Shown here: positions 25,077 through 33,782 of the stretch, piece after piece | How positions within the stretch are numbered: position 1 is the first letter of the stretch | Layout of the letters: each line of letters begins with the position of its first letter | Assembly: GCA_040902605.1 (NCBI GenBank) | Contig: JBBDWY010000040.1 | Span: 274 to 64,273, forward strand | Length of the DNA: 64,000 nucleotides | Direction of reading: 5' to 3' | DNA from: Pirellulales bacterium | GTDB lineage: Bacteria > Planctomycetota > Planctomycetia > Pirellulales > Lacipirellulaceae | Position numbers and translations under genes: made by a program | The notes under the pieces: generated by a model | Seen by the model: only the letters and a program-made list of their open reading frames with translations | The model's database searches: none | Told to the model about the DNA's origin: nothing

Positions 25077-25114
25077 GACCGGCCCGAATCCGCACCAATG
25101 GATTCGGGCCGGTC
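25077..25114 (-). terminator. Perfect 15-bp hairpin between the two PEP-CTERM genes
   Basis: The stem GACCGGCCCGAATCC / GGATTCGGGCCGGTC encloses an 8-nt loop. On the minus strand it is followed by AUCUAUUAAUAG, which is only moderately U-rich. Confidence 0.5.
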
Positions 25115-25163
25115 TTGAGTCTTCATTGTACAAACTTCCGTGATGAAATCTCTCCCCGACCAG

Positions 25164-26357
25164 TTACATTCGCCGACGCGGCCGCCGCGCCGCTCCTAAA
25201 CAACCGGCAGCGGCCAGGGCCAACAACGACGCGGTGGTCGGTTCCGGAACGTTGAAATGAATCCAATCGACCCTGATGTCCAGATTCTGCGCGTGCGCAA
25301 ACAGATTGAGGCCCGTCGCATCGACGACATTGCTATTCGGCACACCCGCTACGGACCACGTCAAGGTATGGAATCTGCCATCGATCGGCAAATTCCGTCC
25401 GGCGCCGCCTTCCAACGACTGGAACGAGAAATTGTTCGTTTGCATAAAGGCATTCATGCCCAGCTCGCCGCCGCCGTTATTCGCATCGGTCGCCGAGATG
25501 CGAACGCTCATCGTGCTGTAATTCGACAGGTCGGCTGTGCGATTGTTGAACGTATTGCCGTTCAACGCCGTGCCATTGCCCCAGCTCATGGCAGCGCCTT
25601 GCTGGCCGCCCAGGTCCGTCCACATCAATGACCCGGTGGCCGCGTCGTGCGACAAGCCCGTCTGGTTCTGGCCGCCGTTGTTGCCTTGTATGGCAGGAAG
25701 GTCGAAATTGGCCCAAGCGCCCTGCAAGCCGCCTTCAGGCGAACTCGTGTTGTGCTTGATCAAAGTCCGGTTATTCAACGGCGTACCACCGGCGCGGACT
25801 TCTTCCAGCGTCCAAACCACGTCGCCCTCAGCCCCGTGGGGGCGGGCGTTAAAGCCCATCGTACGCAGGTAGACCGCTTGGTCCGGCGTCAATCCTGTGA
25901 GCGGCAGCTGGTAAGTGTTCATGCCCGGCGCGACGAGCAAGTCTGGTCCGAGCGCCACGTAAGTAAACCCCGTCGACGCTTGGACATAGAACTGCACTTG
26001 GATCGGATTCGCGCCGGTATGACCGAGGTCGAATTCCATATAGTCCAAACCGGTGACGTCGGTACCGCCGCTGGCGTTAGTCGCAGATTCGCGCACCCGA
26101 TTGGCGCCATCGCTGATCGCGATGTCGGCTCCTACACCACCCGTTTCAATGATCCGCAATGCGCCGGGAACCGTGTTATCCAATATGGCCGTATTCGTCC
26201 CGAAATTTTTCACCCAATTCTCGACATTGGGCATCGCATTGCCGGTGTTATCCCACGTGTACAGTGCGCTGGGCGACTGCGCGTGGGCGGAGGACAAGAA
26301 CAATACCGAGATACACGCCATCGCTAAGAAAGTAGACAACCATCGACGTGACTTCAT
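25164..26357 (-). CDS. Secreted PEP-CTERM protein, unknown function (two CBM-like beta-rich halves)
   Basis: The signal peptide is MKSRRWLSTFLAMACISVLFLSSAHA. The C-terminus is VPEPTTASLLALAAAGCLGAARRPRRRM. The composition is rich in N, G and T. The ORF opens at 26381. Confidence 0.75.
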   Translation of the reverse strand: MKSRRWLSTFLAMACISVLFLSSAHAQSPSALYTWDNTGNAMPNVENWVKNFGTNTAILDNTVPGALRIIETGGVGADIAISDGANRVRESATNASGGTDVTGLDYMEFDLGHTGANPIQVQFYVQASTGFTYVALGPDLLVAPGMNTYQLPLTGLTPDQAVYLRTMGFNARPHGAEGDVVWTLEEVRAGGTPLNNRTLIKHNTSSPEGGLQGAWANFDLPAIQGNNGGQNQTGLSHDAATGSLMWTDLGGQQGAAMSWGNGTALNGNTFNNRTADLSNYSTMSVRISATDANNGGGELGMNAFMQTNNFSFQSLEGGAGRNLPIDGRFHTLTWSVAGVPNSNVVDATGLNLFAHAQNLDIRVDWIHFNVPEPTTASLLALAAAGCLGAARRPRRRM

Positions 26358-26618
26358 AAGAACTACCTCCACCTTTTTCAAAACGCCTTAAGGAAGTGCT
26401 AATTCACAGAGTTTGCGCTTTTTTAGAATTGCGCCGACCACGCCTAACGACGCCTTGCAACGACTGTTCAACTACTTGAACAGAGTATAACCAGCCCATT
26501 CTTCGCTGTCCATCAGTTTATAGCAGAAGGACAGAAAATTTCCAGAAAATCTGCAACAACCGCCCCCCATCCAGGTCGAAACAAGGCGTTCTCTGCCGTA
26601 CTACTACCGTAGAGGGGT

Positions 26619-29600
26619 TCAGCGTCTCCCTGCCGCGGCCCGATTATGCTGTTCGATCGCGGTCATGATTTCCGGGTCGGCAAATTCCGGCTGCCGCATG
26701 CCTTGGGGGTCCCACGAACCCATGCTCCAGAAGAAAGCGGCCGACACGTGCCAGGGTGCCGGTTGGCGGGCCAGGAATTCCATCAGGGCTTGGTGATACT
26801 GCCGCCGCAACTGCCGCATTGCGTCCGTTCGCCAGGGGTCGTGCCGGGGATGCCCGCTGCCCGTCCAGGGAGCTTCGGCGGCTTTGGCCGGGTCGGGAGC
26901 GTCGTTGCCCGCCCGCCCGCCGCCGATGCCGACCTCCGAAAAATGCATGGGCGTGGTCGCAGGCACGGTGAGGCCGTGCTCGCGGAACTCGCTCATGAAG
27001 TGCTCGATGCCGCGGACGAAGTCGTTGGGCGTGGGTGAGACGTTCACCGGCCGATAGAACGACATGCCGACGAAATCGCAGTCGTTGATGAGCGATTGCA
27101 TGCTGGCCCGCCCTTCGTCAGACAAGCGGATGTCCGGAGCGCCAGTCGGGTTCCCGCGGCCTGCGATGCCGTTGTGATTGAGACTGATGCCAATCTTTAG
27201 CTGCTTTGTGTCGGACTGCGTACGCAGTTTACGAACGATTTTGCGATACGATTCGGGGTATCGAAACAAACTGGCGCCCATTTCGCCGGACAGCGCTAGC
27301 TCGACGCGCGTGTCTTCATCGGCCGCCTGGAGGGCGTCGACAATCGTGTCGATCATCAAGTGGTCGTAGGAGTAGCCCGCATAACGAACAAGCGGATCGA
27401 AATCGACCCAGTTGCGCCACTGGCGGACCTTGCCGCCCGCGTCGATGTGCGGCAGGATGAAAATCTCCATGTCGTGCTCGACCATCCGCGCGAAGACTTG
27501 CCGAAGCGCGTTCTTAAGCTCGCGATGCATGGTGGCATCGTACGGTTGGTATTGCTGTTCCTGACCGCGCAGCAGGCCGAAGCTTTTGATGCGCAAATCG
27601 TTCGTCAGATCGACATGAATTGTGACGACCACGTTTAGCCGCCGATCTCCGCGCCTGGCCGCCGTGTCGATCGATGCGAGCGCGCTTTCAATGAACCACG
27701 GATGATCGACAAAGATCGAGGCATTGAGCGGCGTGGGCGATTTGCGGCTGCCCGGCGCGGCACTGTTTCGAATGGAGCCGTCGTATTCGATTTCGACGCG
27801 GCCAATTTCCAGCGGCGGCCCCTCCAATCCGCGGTCGCCGGCGGGCTCGCCGGCCGCCGGTTGCGGCAGCTCGATGCGCAGATAGCGGGCGTCTGGCGAT
27901 GCGGATGTCCCCTCAAAGCGCACGGGCGTCAGATATCCATATACGGTTTGAGCGGACGAAAAAGCTTGCCGCCTTGCTTCGACGCTATGGTAATTCTTCC
28001 CATCGTTTGATATCGCGAAATGAAGGGAAGCGTTGTCTTGCCGCGAGAAGCTAAACACTCGCCAGTGATTGATAGCGCCGTTCACGCGGTAGACCACGGC
28101 GGAACCGCGCGGCATTGCCAGCCGGTGGCAATCCTCCTGTACAGTGCGGGCATTTTCCGTGGCGATTGAGACATCGCCCTCGGTTTCTTCGGTGAGCGAA
28201 AGATCGCGGCACTCGTCAACCAACGTTCGGCAGATGACGCTGATTGGGCCGACGACGTTGGATGGCTCGGAGTCGCCCGCCTCGTTGCGGGCAACTACGC
28301 GATACCAATACTCATCGCCTGGAACCGCACTGTCATCGTTGAACAGCGGCCGATATTGCACGTCGGCATCCGAAACGTTCTCGGAGATTTTTTCCCAGTC
28401 GCCCTCGGCATGGTCGGTTCGCCAGACGTCGTATGAAGCCGCACCGGCCGAGCCTTGCCATGAAATGGCGCTGACATGCTGAATCGGCAACAGCTTTGGC
28501 GGGGCGGGCGGCTCGAGCGGCGGCGGCTCCAAGCCCTGGATTTTGAACGCTTGGGTGCGCATCAGTTGCACGACTTCCCGCTCGTCGTAGCGCTCTCCCG
28601 AGGCAAAGCCCGGCCAATGGAAGGCCTTGTAGATATTCCGGCCGGTGCCGACTTCCATGTGCCAATAGAATCCACCTTCGCGGCGGTGCATCCGCAAGCT
28701 CCAGAGCAAAGCGCCCGAAATGCCGTCGTCGACGACCGCGTCGATCGCCGCGGCGATATGCGGCGTTTCGACAAAACCAAATTCTCCGACAATGTACGCC
28801 TTCTTGTCCTTGGTGAGCGCGTGGGCGGCGCGAATCGGGCGAACAAAATCGTGATCGTCGCCCCAAGGATAATGGTGCGTGGTGATGACATCGATGTTCG
28901 GATCGTCGAGCGACGGCGTGGGCACGCCGTTCAGCGATTTGCCGTCAATCACGAGGTGATTCGGATCGAGCTGTTTGATGTAAGCAGCGATCTCGCGGGT
29001 CCACTCGGGTGTGGCGGCGATCTCGTTGCCGGTTTCCCAGCCGAGGATGGCAGGCTCATCGCGGTAGGCGACGCCAGTGTAGAAGTTCTTTCGCGTGAGC
29101 AGGTAGCGAACGGTCATCTTGAAATCGTCGATGATTTGCGGATCGCTCCAGAAGGCTTCGGCCGGCTTTCCTCGAAAGGCCGCGTACTCGCCGATGCCTC
29201 CCCACCATTTGGCCTGATCAACGAAGGGAATGATCACTCGGATGCCTTTGCGGCGGGCGATCTCGATCACCTTGTCGAGTGCTCGAAACCCTTCCTCATT
29301 GAACTCGCCCGGCCGGCGAACGTGGACGCAGTCGCCCATGTCGGAGCCTTCGCGATAGACCCCGAGGACGTAAGTCCGCACCACCTGGCCGCCCATTTGC
29401 CGGACCGATTCCAGGGCGTCCTCGATCTCGAACTCGTTGGGCCAGCGCCATGGGTTTGGCCGCGTAAATTCATAGGCGTCCTCGATAACCATCAAGTTCG
29501 GGATGTTCCACGAGATAAACCGATAAGGTTTGTCGCCCTCCATTAACTGGTCAGCTTGGCGGGTAATGAAAACCGCAGGCTCTTCGGCGCAAACCGGCGC

Positions 29601-29669
29601 GGCGTGAAACATCATCGCGGCCACGGCGAGCGCGGCGAGAATCGTTGCAATTTGGAGGGCGCGCACCAT
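26619..29669 (-). CDS. Multidomain GH5 glycoside hydrolase (mannanase-like), 1016 aa, with Fn3-like and beta-sandwich modules and a second TIM-barrel-like C-terminal module
   Basis: A signal peptide is present. The GH5 acid/base block is GWETGNEI and the nucleophile block is YIVGEFG. An Fn3-like module includes SYDVWRTD...YWYRVVARNEAGDSEPS. The C-terminal roughly 370 aa carry SGEMG, DFVGMSFY and HFSEVGIGG. Confidence 0.85.
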   Translation of the reverse strand: MVRALQIATILAALAVAAMMFHAAPVCAEEPAVFITRQADQLMEGDKPYRFISWNIPNLMVIEDAYEFTRPNPWRWPNEFEIEDALESVRQMGGQVVRTYVLGVYREGSDMGDCVHVRRPGEFNEEGFRALDKVIEIARRKGIRVIIPFVDQAKWWGGIGEYAAFRGKPAEAFWSDPQIIDDFKMTVRYLLTRKNFYTGVAYRDEPAILGWETGNEIAATPEWTREIAAYIKQLDPNHLVIDGKSLNGVPTPSLDDPNIDVITTHHYPWGDDHDFVRPIRAAHALTKDKKAYIVGEFGFVETPHIAAAIDAVVDDGISGALLWSLRMHRREGGFYWHMEVGTGRNIYKAFHWPGFASGERYDEREVVQLMRTQAFKIQGLEPPPLEPPAPPKLLPIQHVSAISWQGSAGAASYDVWRTDHAEGDWEKISENVSDADVQYRPLFNDDSAVPGDEYWYRVVARNEAGDSEPSNVVGPISVICRTLVDECRDLSLTEETEGDVSIATENARTVQEDCHRLAMPRGSAVVYRVNGAINHWRVFSFSRQDNASLHFAISNDGKNYHSVEARRQAFSSAQTVYGYLTPVRFEGTSASPDARYLRIELPQPAAGEPAGDRGLEGPPLEIGRVEIEYDGSIRNSAAPGSRKSPTPLNASIFVDHPWFIESALASIDTAARRGDRRLNVVVTIHVDLTNDLRIKSFGLLRGQEQQYQPYDATMHRELKNALRQVFARMVEHDMEIFILPHIDAGGKVRQWRNWVDFDPLVRYAGYSYDHLMIDTIVDALQAADEDTRVELALSGEMGASLFRYPESYRKIVRKLRTQSDTKQLKIGISLNHNGIAGRGNPTGAPDIRLSDEGRASMQSLINDCDFVGMSFYRPVNVSPTPNDFVRGIEHFMSEFREHGLTVPATTPMHFSEVGIGGGRAGNDAPDPAKAAEAPWTGSGHPRHDPWRTDAMRQLRRQYHQALMEFLARQPAPWHVSAAFFWSMGSWDPQGMRQPEFADPEIMTAIEQHNRAAAGRR

Positions 29670-29694
29670 CGCCGAAAGAGCAGGAGGAAGACGC

Positions 29695-30798
29695 CTAGAA
29701 CACGTGCGAGTTGTCTTTGACGAACGAGATCAGCTCATCAAGCCGGGCGTAAGCCAAGCAGCAGGCCGTGTCGGCTGCTCCGTAGTAAATAGCCAGGCGG
29801 TTAGACATTTCATCATGCAGCGCCGCGCAGGGAAATACAACATTCGGCACATGCCCGCACACTTCGTAATCCCGCTCTGGCGTGAGGATGTGCTGGTTCG
29901 TGCGATACAGCACGCGCCAGGGCTCATCCAGATCCAACATCGCGGCGCCCATGCTATAAACGAAGCCATTGCACGTATCCATGACGCCGTGATAGATCAG
30001 CAGCCATCCATCGTCGGTTTCGATGGGGATGGGTCCGGCACCCACTTTGGTTCGTTGCCACCACTGGCCGACGTCGTTGCCGCCACGCCGCATCACGAGC
30101 CGGTGCATGCCCCAGTGGCACATGTCGGGGCTTTGGCTCAAATAGATGTCGCCAAAAGGGGTGTGGCCGTCGTCGCTGGGGCGGCTCAGCATGAAATACT
30201 TGCCGCCGATCTTGCGCGGAAACAACACGCCGTTGCGATTGAACGGCAAGAAGGCGTTCTCGAGTCGCTCGAACGACTGAAAGTCGCTCGTCGTGGCGAT
30301 GCTGATCGTCGGGCCGTTATGGCCGCCGCACCACGTGATGTAATACGTGCCATCGATCTTGCATAGACGGGGGTCATAGGCGTAATCGCTGGGCGAGTCG
30401 GACTCGCCGGAATCAAACTGGATCGGCTCGGGTTCAATTTGCCAGTCGAGACCGTCGTCGCTCCACCCCACGTGCAGGTGCGGAAAGCGAGAGCCTTTCT
30501 CCACACGAAAGACACCCACGAATCCATCGCCATAGGATGCCACCGCGCTGTTGTAAATGCCCTGAACGCCCGGTAAGTGATGGCGCCCAATGATCGGGTT
30601 GCCGGAGTGTCGCCAGACGACGTCGCGACAGCCTGCCGGCTGGTCTTGCCAGGGAATCTTGGCCGAAGGAATTGGTTCGCGGCTTGGCATGGATTTAGCT
30701 CGACCATCGGCCCGCCCGGTGGTTGAACGCCTGGATTCCAAGTCGCTTTTCATTGCCGAAGCCCAGAGGTTAGATTGAGCAATGGATGGAGACGTCAA
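29695..30798 (-). CDS. GH130 beta-1,4-mannoside phosphorylase-type protein
   Basis: The stretch IPWQDQPAGCRDVVWRHSGNPIIGRH...YYGAADTACCLAYARLDELISFV matches the GH130 pattern. The homology-consistent start is probably MPSREP at 30690, while the ORF maximum is 30798. Confidence 0.85.
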   Translation of the reverse strand: MTSPSIAQSNLWASAMKSDLESRRSTTGRADGRAKSMPSREPIPSAKIPWQDQPAGCRDVVWRHSGNPIIGRHHLPGVQGIYNSAVASYGDGFVGVFRVEKGSRFPHLHVGWSDDGLDWQIEPEPIQFDSGESDSPSDYAYDPRLCKIDGTYYITWCGGHNGPTISIATTSDFQSFERLENAFLPFNRNGVLFPRKIGGKYFMLSRPSDDGHTPFGDIYLSQSPDMCHWGMHRLVMRRGGNDVGQWWQRTKVGAGPIPIETDDGWLLIYHGVMDTCNGFVYSMGAAMLDLDEPWRVLYRTNQHILTPERDYEVCGHVPNVVFPCAALHDEMSNRLAIYYGAADTACCLAYARLDELISFVKDNSHVF

Positions 30799-30837
30799 TT
30801 GACAGCTGACGGCCCGGACAAATAGAATACAACGGTT

Positions 30838-30851
30838 GTAAACTAGTTTAC
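30838..30851. promoter_or_regulatory. Perfect 14-bp palindrome, candidate LacI-family operator
   Basis: GTAAAC-TA-GTTTAC lies in the divergent region between the GH130 gene and the LacI gene. It resembles generic LacI/GalR half-sites. Confidence 0.55.
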
Positions 30852-30964
30852 TCCGGCAGATTGCGGCTGTCTACGCCCGGCTGCGGAGAGCCGAATCTGA
30901 CGGGATCATGCGACAGCGCCACGCTGCCGAGGGCTCTCCGGATACAGGATCGAGAGGCAATCTC

Positions 30965-32023
30965 ATGGCCAATTCCCCCGTCCCGCGATTGAAGGATGTG
31001 GCCAAAGCGGCGAATGTGTCGCTGGCCGCCGCCTCGCGAATCCTGCGTGGCGATCGGGAGCGGTTCGGCGAAGAAACCTGCCGCCGGGTGCTGGAGGCGT
31101 CACGCCAACTCGGTTGGCGACGAAACTTGCTGGTCAACGGGATGCAGACCGGCCGCACGCACACGATCGGCGTGATGATCCCGCCGTACGATTCGTTCTG
31201 GGTGAGCGTACTCTCGGGGATCCATGACACGCTGGCCGCGTCGGACTATTTGCCGATCACGGTTTGGATCGGGAGCCTCGGCGACATGCCGCACTTCGAG
31301 AAGGAAGAAGGCGACGGCCTGCGGCAAATTAATCGGCTGCTCGATCGCCGGGTGGACGGTCTCATTATGTGGCCGCCATTCAGCGTGGCCTATTACCATC
31401 ATTTTCCGGAGCTCGTGGAGCGCCGCGTGCCGGTCGCCGTCATCGACCACTACTCGACCGTGGCCGACTCTGTGGAGACCGACGAGGAACAAGCGACCGC
31501 GGTTGTGGCCGATCATCTGTTGGGTTTGGGGCATCGCCGGATCGCGTGCCTTTCCAGCCGCGAAACGCCGTCCCAAACATGGGCCGTCAAGCGACGCAGC
31601 TCGTTCGAGGAAGCTGTGCGGCGAAACGGCGATGCAACCGTCAGGAGCTGGCAGCTCAACGCGCACGGCAGCAACGGATTGGAAGTTGCCCGCGAGCTGC
31701 TAACGGATAAGTTGCGGCCGACGGCGGTGTTCGCTGTGTCCGACCATGAAGCGGCGTTCGTTCGTCAGGCGGCGGGGGAGTTGGGCCTGCGCGTGCCGCA
31801 GGACTTGTCGATAGTGGGTTTTGCCGACCTGGATTTCGCGGCCACCATGAGTCCGCCGCTGACCACCATGCGTCAGAAGCCGCACGAAATCGGCCGCCTC
31901 GCGGCCAAGCTCATCATGGACCGCATCGACGGGATCATGCCCGACGAGGAGCCGACGACGATCAAGGTAGCTGCCGAGCTGATCGTTCGCAAATCAACTG
32001 CTCCGCCGCGCACGGCAGATTAG
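30965..32023 (+). CDS. LacI-family transcriptional regulator
   Basis: The N-terminal HTH reads RLKDVAKAANVSLAAASRILRG and is followed by a periplasmic-binding-fold sugar-sensor domain. The ORF opens at 30908. Confidence 0.9.
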   Translation: MANSPVPRLKDVAKAANVSLAAASRILRGDRERFGEETCRRVLEASRQLGWRRNLLVNGMQTGRTHTIGVMIPPYDSFWVSVLSGIHDTLAASDYLPITVWIGSLGDMPHFEKEEGDGLRQINRLLDRRVDGLIMWPPFSVAYYHHFPELVERRVPVAVIDHYSTVADSVETDEEQATAVVADHLLGLGHRRIACLSSRETPSQTWAVKRRSSFEEAVRRNGDATVRSWQLNAHGSNGLEVARELLTDKLRPTAVFAVSDHEAAFVRQAAGELGLRVPQDLSIVGFADLDFAATMSPPLTTMRQKPHEIGRLAAKLIMDRIDGIMPDEEPTTIKVAAELIVRKSTAPPRTAD

Positions 32024-32119
32024 TTTCTCCGTCGTGCGCCGGGGCAGGATTACGATTCGGGCATCGTCTTTGCTGTTCAGCGCTCACGACGCTTGCGTAG
32101 CGCTATCCATGGTGATGCG

Positions 32120-33685
32120 ATGAATAGCTCCAAGCCGACCATCGGCTCGGCGAGTCTCGTTGAATTTCTCAGTAAGCCATCGTCATATTCGGAGGCTACC
32201 GCGGCGGTTCGAGTGATCGAAACGCATATCTCCTGGGTGTTTCTCACGGACCTTTACGCATACAAGCTCAAAAAGCCGGTGCGGTTCGAGTTCCTGGATT
32301 TCTCCACCCTAGAGCTGCGTCATCAGGCATGCCAAGACGAGCTGCGTCTTAACCGGCGGCTTGCGCCGAATGTGTATCTTGCGGTGCTGAGCGTGACTCA
32401 GGCGGCGGGCGACTCGTTTGAGCTCAGCGGTCAAGGAAGAGAAGTCGACTGGCTCGTGCAGATGCGGCGATTGCCGGCCGAGAACTCGCTTGATGTCGTC
32501 CTGCGTGAAGCAAGGCTGAGCAGCGAAGACGCCAGCGAGATTGCGGATTATCTCGTGGAGTTCTACGCGCGATTGTCGCCGGAGCCAATTGCCGCTGACG
32601 CTTATCAGCTCGCACTGGAGCGGCATGTTCGAGCCAACGGCGCGGCGCTGTTGAATGGACAACCGGCGGCGCAGTACCTCATCCGCCGCATCCAGACCGC
32701 TCAACTCCGCTACTTAGCAGTCCAATCCAATCTGGTTGCCAGCCGCGCGGCTGCCGGGCGGATAGTCGAGGGCCACGGTGACCTGCGACCAGAACACATT
32801 TACTTGAATGATCGTCCGGCGGTCATCGACTGTGTTGAATTCTCAAAAGAACTGCGCACGGTCGATATTGCGGACGAGCTCAGCTTTCTGGCGATGGAAT
32901 GCCAGCGGCTTGAGGATGGTGGCTTAGGAGAGCTCGTGCTGGCGACCTATCAGCGAAATGCTGGAGACAAGATCCCGCGATCGTTATTGGCGTTTTATCG
33001 GGCTTATCGGGCTTGCGTACGCGCCAAAGTGGTATTGCTTCGTGGCCAGCAGCAAGCCGAAGGCGACGGCTCATCCGCCGGTCTCTTTAAACAATACATG
33101 GATGTGGCAGTTCGTGCCGCGTCGGAGCTTGGGCCACATGCGCTCCTAATCGTGGGTGGATTGATGGGAACGGGAAAGTCGACGCTTGCCGAGAAATTGG
33201 CAGATGCCTTCGGCATCGAAGTGCTGTCTACGGATCGCATTCGCCGTGCCATGCTAGGAGTGAGCCAGTCGCAGACAGACTACGGAGAAGGACATTACCA
33301 TCCGGAAGTGCGCCGGCGAATTTACCACGAGTTGTTCCGCCGGGCGAGCGAGCTGCTCAGCGAACGGCAGTCCTTGATTCTGGACGGGACGTTCTTGACC
33401 CGCGAGATTCGATTACGGGCCTACGACGCGGCCCAGGAATACGGTGCGGCAGCCATATACGTTCAATGCACCTGTCCGCCGCAAACTGCGCAGCGCCGTA
33501 TTGAAGCACGCCGCAAGTCCGACGAGAGCGAATCGGAAGCCCGGCCGGAGCTCTATGATCGGCAGGCACGAGATTTCGAGCCGCCCGGAACCAATGAGCC
33601 GGCGGTGACTGTGAATACAACGCAGCCAATGCCGCGTCAACTGCAGAGCGTTTATGCAGAATTGAGCCGCCAATTGTTTGACTAG
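32120..33685 (+). CDS. Bifunctional aminoglycoside-phosphotransferase-like (APH/kinase fold) + P-loop AAA/kinase ATP-binding protein
   Basis: The N-terminal half is kinase-like, with HGDLRPEHIYL (catalytic-loop type). The C-terminal half has a Walker A motif (GGLMGTGKSTLAEKLA). The ORF opens with TTG at 32093. Confidence 0.75.
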   Translation: MNSSKPTIGSASLVEFLSKPSSYSEATAAVRVIETHISWVFLTDLYAYKLKKPVRFEFLDFSTLELRHQACQDELRLNRRLAPNVYLAVLSVTQAAGDSFELSGQGREVDWLVQMRRLPAENSLDVVLREARLSSEDASEIADYLVEFYARLSPEPIAADAYQLALERHVRANGAALLNGQPAAQYLIRRIQTAQLRYLAVQSNLVASRAAAGRIVEGHGDLRPEHIYLNDRPAVIDCVEFSKELRTVDIADELSFLAMECQRLEDGGLGELVLATYQRNAGDKIPRSLLAFYRAYRACVRAKVVLLRGQQQAEGDGSSAGLFKQYMDVAVRAASELGPHALLIVGGLMGTGKSTLAEKLADAFGIEVLSTDRIRRAMLGVSQSQTDYGEGHYHPEVRRRIYHELFRRASELLSERQSLILDGTFLTREIRLRAYDAAQEYGAAAIYVQCTCPPQTAQRRIEARRKSDESESEARPELYDRQARDFEPPGTNEPAVTVNTTQPMPRQLQSVYAELSRQLFD

Positions 33686-33782
33686 GCGACGCTCATCAGC
33701 GGTCGCATTTGACGTTACAATAGCGTTGGCAGCCTGAAGGAAAAGACGATCCGGAACGATCCTCGATTCACCAGAGGCGAAC

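Noticed and set aside
28476-29546. A 356-aa + strand ORF inside the GH5 gene region, with similar ORFs at 41143-41931 and 41717-42592 opposite the PVC heme protein.
   Set aside because: They are antisense shadow ORFs with no motifs, and the sense strand carries clear catalytic and signal-peptide features.
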